From Thermoanaerobaculia bacterium (GTDB lineage Bacteria > Acidobacteriota > Thermoanaerobaculia > Gp7-AA8), in contig DASPNA010000062.1 of NCBI GenBank assembly GCA_035626775.1, positions 3,480-67,479 on the forward strand: a DNA stretch of 64,000 bases, in the 5' to 3' direction. Of the stretch, positions 28,781 to 37,851 are shown piece after piece. The notes under the pieces are model-generated. The model was not told the origin of the DNA and did not search any database. It saw nothing but the letters and a program-made list of their open reading frames with translations. Every line of letters begins with the position of its first letter. The first letter of the stretch is position 1. The position numbers and the translations under genes were made by a program.

Positions 28781-29766
28781 GCGGCCAGTCTCCGCGCGAT
28801 CTTCAGCGTCTTCAGATACACGCGATCCGCTTCCGGACGTTTCAGCAGGCGCACGATGAGGTCTTCACTCTCGCGCGCGAGCGAGCGCGTGATGCAGTCG
28901 ACCGACGTTTCGATGCCGTCCGAGCTGGCGATGACGACACCGCGTTCGCGATCGTGGCGGATGCTCGCGACAGAATCGTCGAAATGAATCTCGATCGATC
29001 CGATGCCCGCCTCATGCCCATCTTGTGCGAGCTCGAACGCGATCTCCGTCCCGCTCTGCGCCGTCAACCACGCTGCGTACAACAGCCCCTCTGCATTCGC
29101 GCCGAATGACGCATCGCCGCCGCTGATCACGCGCAGCTTGCGGATGTTGCGCATGCGTTCACGCATCGACGGCGGATCGAACAACGCGGCCGTCGCGGCA
29201 CGCCACTCCTCGACGCGTGCCCAGTTCAGGTCCGCGGGTGCGGTCGTGGTCTGCTCGCCGATGCGCGAGACGAGCTCGAGGTCAGCCGCGCCGTTGAAGT
29301 GCGACGAGTCGACGATCAGTCGATCGGCCGGATCGAGCAGCGTCTCGACATAGCCATGCTGTTCGTTCGGCAGATCGCCGAGCCACCACACCGCGACCGG
29401 CATGTCCGGCAGCAGCAGCGCACTGACCAGCGGCGGGATGTGATGCACGCGCTCCCCCGCCGCGACGATGACCACTTCTTCCGAGCACACCTGCTTGCCG
29501 CCGCCGATGACGTGGCAGTTCGCGGAGATCCATGACGCGATGTCGGCGGCGCCGGCGGGATCCGCCCGAACGACGATCGTGCGCTGTGGCACGCGAGCAC
29601 TGGCGCGCGCGAGCACTTCCGTCGCGCGCGCATGTTCATCCGGCGTCCACGTGTGCGCGACGACGTTCCACAACGCGGCGCGCGTGACCGCGCGTTCGTC
29701 TTCATTCTTTTCGGCGCGCCACAGCTCCGCGAGCTGGCGCTCGATTGCGGTTACATCGACCCGCAC
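28777..29766 (-). CDS. opcA: Glucose-6-phosphate dehydrogenase assembly protein OpcA-like
   Basis: Located between zwf and pgl. ORF extends to 29844, but that stretch overlaps the zwf stop and is encoded by a REP element. GTG at 29766 (VRVDVTAIERQLAELWRAE) is the preferred start. Start is uncertain. Confidence 0.65.
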   Translation of the reverse strand: MRVDVTAIERQLAELWRAEKNEDERAVTRAALWNVVAHTWTPDEHARATEVLARASARVPQRTIVVRADPAGAADIASWISANCHVIGGGKQVCSEEVVIVAAGERVHHIPPLVSALLLPDMPVAVWWLGDLPNEQHGYVETLLDPADRLIVDSSHFNGAADLELVSRIGEQTTTAPADLNWARVEEWRAATAALFDPPSMRERMRNIRKLRVISGGDASFGANAEGLLYAAWLTAQSGTEIAFELAQDGHEAGIGSIEIHFDDSVASIRHDRERGVVIASSDGIETSVDCITRSLARESEDLIVRLLKRPEADRVYLKTLKIARRLAA

Positions 29767-29769
29767 ATC

Positions 29770-29822
29770 CGCCTTCTCCCCTCCCTGAGGGGAGAAGGTG
29801 CCGAAGGCGGATGAGGGGTGAG
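29770..29822. repeat. REP-like element family 2 (CCTTCTCCCCTC-N-GAGGGGAGAAGG hairpin + CCGAAGGCGGATGAGGGG tail)
   Basis: gccttctcccctccctgaggggagaaggtgccgaaggcggatgaggggtgagc. Other copies at 36316-36405, 43055-43140, 49250-49305. Confidence 0.6.
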
Positions 29823-29828
29823 CGCCAG

Positions 29829-31346
29829 TCACGGTCTCCGCCATTTGCGTCCGTCTTTCTCGAGCATCTCATCCGCCGCTTCCGCGCCCCACGCACCCGC
29901 GGGATGGAAATGCAGCGGCGCCTCGTTCGCGGCCCACTGCTTCAGCAGCGGATCGAGCCACGCCCACGCGGTCTCGATCTCATCGCGGCGCGCGAACAGC
30001 GTCGCGTCGCCCAGCATCGTCTCCAGCAACAACCGTTCGTACGCCTCGGGTGGCTCCGCGCCGAACGACGTTGCGTAGCGAAACTCCATCGTCACCGGCG
30101 CGGTGCGCACCGTCGGTCCGGGCAGCTTCGATTCGAACTTCAGCGAGATCCCTTCGTCCGGCTGGATGCGGATCGCCAGGACATTCGCGTGCATCTTCAT
30201 GCCGAGGCGGCTGAAGAGCGGATGCGGGGCGGCGCGGAAATGGATGGAGATGTCGGTCACGCGCTTCGGCAGCCGCTTTCCCGCGCGCAGATAAAACGGG
30301 ACGTCGGCCCAGCGCCAGTTGTCGATGAAGATCTTCAGCGCCGCGTACGTCTCCGTCATCGACTCCGGATTCACCTTCTCTTCGGTGCGATACGCGGGCA
30401 CGGGCTCGCCGAGGACAGAGCCTTCTTTGTATTGCGCGCGGACCGCATTGCCGGACGAGAGTGGCCGGAGTGCGCGAAGCACCTTCACCTTCTCGTCGCG
30501 CACCGCATCCGCTTCGAAGGCCACCGGCGGCTCCATCGCCACGAGTGACACGAGCTGGAGCATGTGGTTCTGGATGATGTCGCGCGTGATGCCGGCGCCG
30601 TCGAAGTAGTTGCCGCGTTTCTCGACGCCGATCGATTCCGCGACCGTGAGCTGCACGTGATCGATGTACTGGCGGTTCCAGAACGGCTCGAAGATGCCGT
30701 TCGCGAACCGCAGCACGAGCAGGTTCTGCACCGTCTCCTTGCCGAGGTAGTGATCGATGCGGAAGACCTGTCGCTCGCGGAACGTGTGCACGGCGACGCG
30801 GTTCAGCTCGCGCGCGGATTCGAGGTCGTGGCCGAACGGCTTCTCCACGATCACGCGCGTGTACGGACCGCGGCCCTCGGGATCGTTGACCATCCCTTTC
30901 GATCCGAGCGTCTCCGAGATCGCGGCGAAGAAATCAGGCGGGACGGCGAGGTAATAGATGCGCCGTCCGCCGGTGCCGCGCGTGCGATCGAACTCCGCCA
31001 TCCGTTCCTTGAGCCGGTCGTAGCAGGAGAGGTCGCCGAACTCGCCCTGCACGTAGAACAGCCCCTTCGCGAAGTTCTCCCAGACCGCATCGTCGACAGG
31101 TCGCGTGCGCGCGTGTTGATTGCACGCTTCCTTCATCGACGCGCGGAACTGCTCGTCGCTGATCGCCGCGCGCGCGAAGCCGATGATCGTCTGTCCGCTC
31201 GGCAACAGCCCGTCGTGCGCGAGCGAGTACAGACCGGGAATCAACTTGCGCTGCGTGAGATCGCCGGAGGCGCCAAAGATGACGAGACATGACGGCTCCG
31301 GCACGCGCTCCTGCTCGAGCCCTTCCCGCAGCGGGTTCGGTTGCAT
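29829..31346 (-). CDS. zwf: Glucose-6-phosphate 1-dehydrogenase
   Basis: VIFGASGDLTQRKLIPGLY (NADP-binding), RIDHYLGKE and EKPFGHD motifs; 505 aa. Confidence 0.95.
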   Translation of the reverse strand: MQPNPLREGLEQERVPEPSCLVIFGASGDLTQRKLIPGLYSLAHDGLLPSGQTIIGFARAAISDEQFRASMKEACNQHARTRPVDDAVWENFAKGLFYVQGEFGDLSCYDRLKERMAEFDRTRGTGGRRIYYLAVPPDFFAAISETLGSKGMVNDPEGRGPYTRVIVEKPFGHDLESARELNRVAVHTFRERQVFRIDHYLGKETVQNLLVLRFANGIFEPFWNRQYIDHVQLTVAESIGVEKRGNYFDGAGITRDIIQNHMLQLVSLVAMEPPVAFEADAVRDEKVKVLRALRPLSSGNAVRAQYKEGSVLGEPVPAYRTEEKVNPESMTETYAALKIFIDNWRWADVPFYLRAGKRLPKRVTDISIHFRAAPHPLFSRLGMKMHANVLAIRIQPDEGISLKFESKLPGPTVRTAPVTMEFRYATSFGAEPPEAYERLLLETMLGDATLFARRDEIETAWAWLDPLLKQWAANEAPLHFHPAGAWGAEAADEMLEKDGRKWRRP

Positions 31347-31360
31347 GGGGCAAGTCTAGT

Positions 31361-31563
31361 GCCTCGGAGTACCTCGGAGTACCTCGGAGTACCTCGGAGT
31401 TCCTCGGGTTCCTCGGAGTTCCTCGGGTTCCTCGGAGTTCCTCGGGTTCCTCGGAGTACCTCGGGTTCGTAGAGTTGTAGAGGAGCTTCGCAATGGGTGT
31501 CCTCTACGACTCTACGACTCTAAGACTCCCTCCGAGGTACTCCGAGGAACTCCGAGGTACTTC
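31361..31563. repeat. Large family-1 palindromic element in divergent zwf/thiolase intergenic region: (CCTCGGAGTA)4 (CCTCGGGTT/CCTCGGAGTT)n ... central unique segment ... inverted CTCCGAGGTA units
   Basis: gcctcggagtacctcggagtacctcggagtacctcggagttcctcgggttcctcggagttcctcgggtt...gtagagttgtagaggagcttcgcaatgggtgtcctctacgactctacgactc...ctccgaggtactccgaggaactccgaggtac. Confidence 0.6.
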
Positions 31564-32880
31564 GTGTGCGGTATGCTCCGCCCCATGACGTGGCAATACT
31601 CACCGCGCGTAGCCGTCGTCGCCGGACTGCGCACTCCTTTCGCGAAATCGGGCACGCATTACGGGCATCTCTCCGCGCTCGACCTCGGCAAAATCGTGGT
31701 CACGGAGCTCGTGCAGCGCTCGGGCATCGATCCGAATGAAGTGCAGGAGCTCGTCTTCGGCAACGTCATCCCCTCCGTCAAAGCGCCGAACATCGCGCGC
31801 GAGATCGTCCTCGGCACCGGCCTGCCGCGCCGCATCCCCGCGTACAGCGTCAGCAAGGCGTGCGCGTCCGCGAACCAGTCGATCACGGCCGCGTCCGACA
31901 TGATCGCGCGCGGCTACGCCGACACGGTCATCGCCGGCGGCGCGGAATCGCTGTCCGACGTGCCGATTCTCTTCTCGAAAAAATTCGCCGACGCGCTCGT
32001 CTCCGCGAGCAAACAGAAATCGCTCGGCGGCAAGCTCGGATCGTTCTCGAAGATTCGTCCGAAAGACCTCGCCCCCGACGCGCCCGCGATCGCCGAGTCG
32101 TCGACAGGGCTCACGATGGGCGAATCGGCCGAGAAGATGGCCAAGGCCAACGGCATCACGCGCGAAGAGCAGGACCGCTTCGCGCTGCAGAGCCATCATC
32201 GCGCAGCGGAAGCGACGGCGAATGGGCGGTTCAAGGACGAGGTGATGCAGGTTGTCGTGCCGCCGTCGTTCGACAACATCGTCGACCAGGACAATCTCAT
32301 CCGCGGCGACACGACGCTCGACGCGCTTTCGAAACTGCGTCCGGTGTTCGACCGCAAGTACGGCACGATCACCGCGGGCAACGCCTCACCGCTGACCGAT
32401 GGCGCGGCGGCGGTGCTGCTGATGTCGGAGGAAAAAGCGAAGGCACTCGGCATCAAGCCGCTCGGCTTCATCAAGAGCTACGCGTATGCCGCGACCGATC
32501 CGTTCGATCAGTTGTTGCAGGGCCCCGTGTTCGCGCTACCGGTTGCGCTCGAGCGTGCGAAGGTGAAGCTCGAAGAGATCAAGATCATCGAGATGCACGA
32601 GGCATTTGCCGCGCAGGTCTTGTCCAACATCCAATGGATCGGCTCGAAGAAGATCGCGCAGGAAAAGCTCGGACGCAGCGAGCCGGTGGGCCAGATCGAT
32701 CCGGAAAAGATCAACCGTACCGGCGGCTCCATCGCCCTCGGCCATCCGTTCGGCGCAACCGGCGCGCGCATCGTCACGACCGTGTGCAACGAACTGCAGC
32801 GCACCGGCGAACAGTACGGCCTCGTGACCGTGTGCGCGGCGGGCGGCATCGGCGTGGCCATGGTGTTGGAGCGCGAGTAG
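31564..32880 (+). CDS. Acetyl-CoA C-acetyltransferase / 3-ketoacyl-CoA thiolase
   Basis: Thiolase active-site region SVSKACASANQSITAASDMI. C-terminal GGSIALGHPFGATGARI and VCAAGGIGVAMVLE. The true start may be ATG 31573 or 31585. Confidence 0.9.
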   Translation: MCGMLRPMTWQYSPRVAVVAGLRTPFAKSGTHYGHLSALDLGKIVVTELVQRSGIDPNEVQELVFGNVIPSVKAPNIAREIVLGTGLPRRIPAYSVSKACASANQSITAASDMIARGYADTVIAGGAESLSDVPILFSKKFADALVSASKQKSLGGKLGSFSKIRPKDLAPDAPAIAESSTGLTMGESAEKMAKANGITREEQDRFALQSHHRAAEATANGRFKDEVMQVVVPPSFDNIVDQDNLIRGDTTLDALSKLRPVFDRKYGTITAGNASPLTDGAAAVLLMSEEKAKALGIKPLGFIKSYAYAATDPFDQLLQGPVFALPVALERAKVKLEEIKIIEMHEAFAAQVLSNIQWIGSKKIAQEKLGRSEPVGQIDPEKINRTGGSIALGHPFGATGARIVTTVCNELQRTGEQYGLVTVCAAGGIGVAMVLERE

Positions 32881-34982
32881 TGGCGCAGCTGGTCCGCGCC
32901 GTGTGCCCCCACGATTGCCCCGACACGTGCGCCATGCTCGTCACCGTCGAAGACGGACGCGCCATCCGCATGGCCGGTGATCCCGATCATCCCGTCACGC
33001 AGGGCTTCCTTTGCACGAAGGTGGCGAAGTATCTCGAGCGCACGTATCACGATGGACGTCTGCTCTATCCGCAGATCCGCACCGGCGCGAAAGGCGAAGG
33101 GAAATTCCGGCGCGCGACGTGGGATGAAGCGCTCGACGTCATCGCCACCAATCTGCGGCGCGTCATCGACACGCACGGACCGCAGGCGATCCTTCCCTAC
33201 TCGTACGCCGGAACCATGGGGTTGATCCAGGGCGAGTCGATGGACCGCCGGTTCTTTCATCGCATCGGCGCGTCGCTGCTCGATCGCACCATCTGCGCGA
33301 GCGCGGGCGTCGAAGCGCTGAATGCGACCTACGGCACGCGTATGGCGCCCGATCCGGAAGACGTCGTGAACGCGAAACTGATCGTGCTGTGGGGCACGAA
33401 CACGCTAACGTCGAACCCGCACCTCTGGCCGTTCATCCGCAAGGCGAAGGCGAACGGTGCGACCACGGTCTGCATCGATCCATTGCGCACGCGCACGGCT
33501 GTCGCGTGCGACGAGCACATCGCCATCCGTCCCGGTACCGACGCGGCGCTCGCGCTGTCGATGATGCACGTGCTCTTCCGCGACAACCTCGCAGACCGCG
33601 GCTACCTGAGCGAGATGACGATCGGTTGGGAAGAGTTGCGCGAGCGCGTGCTGAACGAATATGCGCCGTCACGCGTCGCGGAGATCTGCCGCATTCCTGC
33701 CGAGACGATCGAACATCTCGCGCGGCGCTACGGCACCACGCGGCCGGCGTTCATCCGTCTCAACTACGGGCTGCAGCGCCACGCAGGCGGCGGTTCCGCC
33801 GTGCGCGCGATCTCGATCCTTCCCGCGGTGACCGGCGCATGGGACGACGTCGGCGGCGGGGCGATGCTCTCGACCTCCGGCACGTTCTCCGCGCTCGACA
33901 CGACCACGCTGCAACGCACCGATCTCATCCCACCCAACACCCGCACCATCAACATGACTCGACTCGGCGAAGCGCTTACGCGCATCGACAATCCGCGCGT
34001 CATGGCGATGATCAACTACAACTCCAATCCCGCGACGATCGCGCCGGATCGCGAGAACGTGCTCGCCGGCCTGCGCCGCGAAGATCTCTTCACGGTCGTG
34101 CTCGAGCACTTTCAGACCGACACCGCCGACTACGCCGACGTGCTCCTGCCAGCGACGACGCAGCTCGAGCATGAAGACGTGCACCGCGCTTACGGCCACA
34201 CGTTCACGATGTTCAACGCGCGCGCGATCGAGCCGCTCGGCGAAGCGCTGCCGAACACCGAGATCTTCCGCCGCATCGCCGCGCGGATGAATCTCGACTT
34301 TCCCGAGCTGCAGGAAAGCGACGAGACGATGATGCGGCAGGTGCTGGCGAAGATGCCGTTCACGCTCGAGGAGCTGCGCGAGCGTTCGTGGATCCGCCTC
34401 GACATCGCCTCGCCGCATCTTCCCTATCGTCGCGGCTCGCGCGTGCCGACACCGAGCGGCCGGATCGACATCGACTCGGCACGCGCCGCGGCGTCCGGAG
34501 TCGATCGCATCCCCGAGTACGTACCGCCATACGAATCGGAAGAGCGCGATCCCGAGCTCGTGCGCCGTTATCCGCTCGCGCTACTCTCGCCCCCCGCGCA
34601 TTCGTTCCTCAACTCGACGTTCGTGAACGTCGCATCGCTGCGCCGCGCGGCCGGCAAGCCGACGCTGGAGATCCACGCGGACGACGCACGCGCCCGCGGC
34701 ATCGAGTCGGGCGTGAAGGTCTCGATCTTCAACGATCGCGGCGCGTTCACCGCGGAAGCGGTCATCACCGATCGCGTGCGTCCCGGCGTCGTGTCCGCGC
34801 CGTCCGTGTGGTGGGGCAAGCTCACAGATGACAAGAACAACGCGAACCACACCACGTCGCAGGCGCTGACCGACCTGGGCAATGGCGCCACGTTCTACGA
34901 CAACCAGGTCGATGTGCGCCTATGGAGTGCGGCAGCAGAGCTGCCGCTTGAAAAGCGGTGGCTGCGCCACCGCACTCCATAG
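32880..34982 (+). CDS. Molybdopterin (MGD) oxidoreductase, BisC/formate-dehydrogenase-like family
   Basis: Start GTG 32880 overlaps thiolase stop (TAGTG). N-terminal 4Fe-4S motif CPHDCPDTCAM. Molybdopterin-oxidoreductase and C-terminal molybdopterin dinucleotide-binding-like regions. Last about 20 codons run through REP family-3 element. Confidence 0.85.
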   Translation: MAQLVRAVCPHDCPDTCAMLVTVEDGRAIRMAGDPDHPVTQGFLCTKVAKYLERTYHDGRLLYPQIRTGAKGEGKFRRATWDEALDVIATNLRRVIDTHGPQAILPYSYAGTMGLIQGESMDRRFFHRIGASLLDRTICASAGVEALNATYGTRMAPDPEDVVNAKLIVLWGTNTLTSNPHLWPFIRKAKANGATTVCIDPLRTRTAVACDEHIAIRPGTDAALALSMMHVLFRDNLADRGYLSEMTIGWEELRERVLNEYAPSRVAEICRIPAETIEHLARRYGTTRPAFIRLNYGLQRHAGGGSAVRAISILPAVTGAWDDVGGGAMLSTSGTFSALDTTTLQRTDLIPPNTRTINMTRLGEALTRIDNPRVMAMINYNSNPATIAPDRENVLAGLRREDLFTVVLEHFQTDTADYADVLLPATTQLEHEDVHRAYGHTFTMFNARAIEPLGEALPNTEIFRRIAARMNLDFPELQESDETMMRQVLAKMPFTLEELRERSWIRLDIASPHLPYRRGSRVPTPSGRIDIDSARAAASGVDRIPEYVPPYESEERDPELVRRYPLALLSPPAHSFLNSTFVNVASLRRAAGKPTLEIHADDARARGIESGVKVSIFNDRGAFTAEAVITDRVRPGVVSAPSVWWGKLTDDKNNANHTTSQALTDLGNGATFYDNQVDVRLWSAAAELPLEKRWLRHRTP
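34921..34982. repeat. REP-like element family 3
   Basis: tatggagtgcggcagcagagctgccgcttgaaaagcggtggctgcgccaccgcactccatag. Confidence 0.55.
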
Positions 34983-35008
34983 GACGCTGCGCTACACTGC
35001 GCGCGCGC

Positions 35009-35794
35009 ATGCTCTACGCGATCTCCGCCCTCTTCGTCATCGTGGTCTGGCTCGCGATCGTGCTCCTCAACGAGCGCTACGGCCTCCTGAGCTGCGACCG
35101 CTTTCCGTCGACCGGCGCGAAGTGGTTCGCGTACGTCTGGCTGCTGCTCTTCATGGTGGGGCTGGCGCTGCTCGTGACGCAGTCCGCGCTCAGGCCGACG
35201 ACCACGAAAGAGCTCGCGAACATGCCGTTCTACGCGCTGTTCTCGATGCACGCGATCCTGGTCGTGTTCCTCATCGGCTGGTGGGCTGCGACGGGATTTC
35301 CAAGCCTTCGCGAGTTCGTCAACATCCGCCACGAGCGACCGGCGGAAGTCGTCGCCATCGGAGTCTCGGTCGGCGTCGGCGGCTGGATCTTCACGCTCGC
35401 GTTGGCGATGCTCATCGGTTTGCTATTGCAGGCCACCGGCTTGATGGATGAAGCGCCGGATCCGCCGGCCATGATCGGCTGGATGGCCGCGCTGGCCGGC
35501 TGGAAGAAGGCGCTGATCATCCTTTCGGCGATGACCGTCGAAGAGGCGTTCTTCCGCTCGTTCCTGCAGAAGCGCGTCGGTCTGATCGCGTCGACGATCC
35601 TCTTCTCGCTTGCGCACTTCACGTACGGCAATCCGTTGATGCTGATCGGCGTGACCATCGTCTCGCTCGTCATCGGAATCACGTTCTATCGCACCAAGAA
35701 CGTCATCCCCGGCGTCATCGCGCACGGCGTCTTCGACGCGATTCAGCTCTTCGTCATCGTTCCGTTCGTCGTGAAGATGATGGGCATGGGCTAG
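35009..35794 (+). CDS. CPBP family intramembrane glutamic endopeptidase (CAAX protease/Abi family)
   Basis: Polytopic membrane protein. EEAFFRSFLQKR and FSLAHFTYGNP motifs (EExxxR ... FxxxH). Start chosen after the REP element. Confidence 0.8.
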   Translation: MLYAISALFVIVVWLAIVLLNERYGLLSCDRFPSTGAKWFAYVWLLLFMVGLALLVTQSALRPTTTKELANMPFYALFSMHAILVVFLIGWWAATGFPSLREFVNIRHERPAEVVAIGVSVGVGGWIFTLALAMLIGLLLQATGLMDEAPDPPAMIGWMAALAGWKKALIILSAMTVEEAFFRSFLQKRVGLIASTILFSLAHFTYGNPLMLIGVTIVSLVIGITFYRTKNVIPGVIAHGVFDAIQLFVIVPFVVKMMGMG

Positions 35795-35796
35795 CG

Positions 35797-36312
35797 ATGA
35801 GCTCCTACGCGGACGCTCTCAGTGCGCTGAGGTCGGGCGGCAACGTCGCCCGCGATGACGTGCGCAAATGGATCGATTCCGGCGACCTGCTGACGTGGAG
35901 CGTCGTGTACGCGCTCGCGGAGACCGGATGGGCGCGCATTCAGCCGGAGATCCCGGGCGACGAGCACACTGATTTCATGCGCCGCTACTTGTTGCGTTGC
36001 ATCGAAGAGAACCCGCCGTCCGGTGATTATCTGCACGGCGGATACGAAGCAGCCTGGGAGCTCGCGGCCACGCTGAAACACTGGCGCCTCCTCGGCGGCC
36101 GCATCGCCGCCACCGTCCGCGGCGTGGCGCTCGATCTCGAAAAGATTTACCGCCGCGGCGAACCGGCCACGCAGAACCGCATCCTGTGCGGCGTGATGGA
36201 GCACGCGTTCGAAGATCCCGCCATCCGGCCGTACTTCGTCGACTGGGAACGGGATCCCGACCTGCGCGACGCGTACAAGCTGGCGCTCGAATGGGGCGCG
36301 GCGCACGAGTAG
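35797..36312 (+). CDS. Hypothetical protein (171 aa), 2 bp downstream of CPBP protease gene
   Basis: Sequence is not Arg-skewed and is tightly linked to the upstream gene. No recognisable motif. Confidence 0.45.
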   Translation: MSSYADALSALRSGGNVARDDVRKWIDSGDLLTWSVVYALAETGWARIQPEIPGDEHTDFMRRYLLRCIEENPPSGDYLHGGYEAAWELAATLKHWRLLGGRIAATVRGVALDLEKIYRRGEPATQNRILCGVMEHAFEDPAIRPYFVDWERDPDLRDAYKLALEWGAAHE

Positions 36313-36315
36313 GCG

Positions 36316-36405
36316 TGTACCGCCCGCAAGCGGGGCGAGGGTTACCCTTGTAGCCTTCTCCCCTCGGCGAGGGGAGAAGGTGCCCGAAGGGCGGATGAGG
36401 AGTGC
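36316..36405. repeat. REP-like element family 2, long form with two hairpins
   Basis: gtaccgcccgcaagcggggcgagggttacccttgtagccttctcccctcggcgaggggagaaggtgcccgaagggcggatgaggagtg. Sits between convergent genes. Confidence 0.6.
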
Positions 36406-36407
36406 GT

Positions 36408-37727
36408 TTACTGCTCGCTGACGACCACGCCGTCGCCTTCGAAGCGGATCTTGAATCCGGCCACGCCCTCCTGCAGGATCATGACATTCTCGAGTGACGC
36501 ATCATCGACGACCGTCGGGATCACATTGCCCGTCCACGCCACAAGCGCGTTCGAGGAGATGGAGAGCGGATACTCGCGCGTCACGCGCAGCGTGAGCGGC
36601 TCGATCGACGTCGAGATCGCCAGCGAGCCTTTGCCGAAGATCTTCACGACGTCGATCTTGCGCTGGTACGACGCGTCGTAGATCGGCTCGACGCGATATG
36701 TGAGCGAGTCTTCGAGCGCGAGCAGGTTGCTCCCTTCGATGTAGATGAACTCGTCGTTGAGATCGAGCAGGAAGGTCTTGCGGCCTTTCTCGTAGACGAA
36801 GATCTTCCCCTGCCCCACCGCCTTCACCAGCGTTTGCGCGGTGGTGCCCAGGAGGCCGGATTCGGCGACGAACTTGAGGTTGCCGGAGTAGCTCGAGACC
36901 GTACCGCGCTTGCAATGAACCGAGCGCGCGAAGTTGATCTCGAGGAAGCCGTTCTCGTGCAGCGCGAACGTCCTCGATGCGCCTTCGATCTTGCGTCCGA
37001 CGTCGATGCGTTTCGCTTCGACATGCTGCGGATCGTCGACGGCATCCTGCAGTTTGCGCGCTGCAGTCACGGCTGCGACGGAGATCGGCGCCGTGACATC
37101 GGGCGGCGGCGTTGGTATGCGCGCCACCGGTTGCGGCGGAGGCGCGGGCGCTGCACCGGGCATCGTCCGCGTTGGTATCGCATCCGGCTTCACGGCCGGG
37201 ATCTTCTGCGTGATGTGTGGCGGCGCGGGCGCAGGAACCGGCGCGGGCGGACGCATCTCCAGCTCGACTTCGCGCACCAGTTTGTCCGCGCCCGCGAAAC
37301 GCAGATGCTCGATCGCCAGTCCGAACTTTTTCTTCTGGCGGTACAACAGGCCGAGGTAAAGGTGCGACTTGGCGTAGTTCGGACGCAGCTCGACAGCGCG
37401 CAGGAGGTAGTGCTCGGCTTCGTCCTGTTTGCCCTGCTTGAAGAGGATCAGGCCGAGGTTCGAATGGAGGATGAAGACGTTCGGGTTCTCCGCGATGAGT
37501 CTGCGATAGATGACTTCCGCCTCGGGGAACGCGTTCGTTTTGAAGTAGACCAGGCCGAGGAGATTGAGGACGTCGGCGTCGTCGGGGCGGAGACGTTGCG
37601 CGGCCTCGAGCTCGCGCCGTGCCTCCGCATACCGCCCTTCCTGAAACGCCTCCCGTCCTCGGTTGTAATGCAGCAGGAAGACGCCCTGATCGAAAGGCGG
37701 CGCAACAGCCGGATCACGCTCGGGCAT
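36408..37727 (-). CDS. TPR-repeat protein with Pro-rich linker and C-terminal AIM24-like domain
   Basis: N-terminal TPR units (AEARRELEAAQRLRPDDADVLNLLGLVYF, AVELRPNYAKSHLYLGLLY). PAPVPAPAPP linker. C-terminal region with GKIFVYEKGRK ... AISTSIEPLT ... GFKIRFEGDGVVV typical of AIM24/TIGR00266. Confidence 0.65.
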   Translation of the reverse strand: MPERDPAVAPPFDQGVFLLHYNRGREAFQEGRYAEARRELEAAQRLRPDDADVLNLLGLVYFKTNAFPEAEVIYRRLIAENPNVFILHSNLGLILFKQGKQDEAEHYLLRAVELRPNYAKSHLYLGLLYRQKKKFGLAIEHLRFAGADKLVREVELEMRPPAPVPAPAPPHITQKIPAVKPDAIPTRTMPGAAPAPPPQPVARIPTPPPDVTAPISVAAVTAARKLQDAVDDPQHVEAKRIDVGRKIEGASRTFALHENGFLEINFARSVHCKRGTVSSYSGNLKFVAESGLLGTTAQTLVKAVGQGKIFVYEKGRKTFLLDLNDEFIYIEGSNLLALEDSLTYRVEPIYDASYQRKIDVVKIFGKGSLAISTSIEPLTLRVTREYPLSISSNALVAWTGNVIPTVVDDASLENVMILQEGVAGFKIRFEGDGVVVSEQ

Positions 37728-37757
37728 GCGGCGAAATTGTACTCGACCGAGCGGAGA

Positions 37758-37848
37758 CGGTACCTCGGGTTCCTCGGAGGGAAGCCGCGAAGAACTCCGA
37801 ACCCCTCCGAGGTACTCCGAGGTACCCGAGGTACTCCGAGGTACTACT
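37758..37848. repeat. Family-1 palindromic element with tandem decamer arms
   Basis: ggtacctcgggttcctcggaggg-aagccgcgaagaactccgaac-ccctccgaggtactccgaggtacccgaggtactccgaggtac. Confidence 0.6.
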
Positions 37849-37851
37849 TCT

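Noticed and set aside
31860-32880. 5' extension of the molybdopterin oxidoreductase ORF (31860 start) overlapping the thiolase gene in another frame
   Set aside because: The thiolase frame carries canonical thiolase motifs over this region. The oxidoreductase's conserved N-terminal Cys cluster begins right after GTG 32880, so the upstream 340 codons are spurious.
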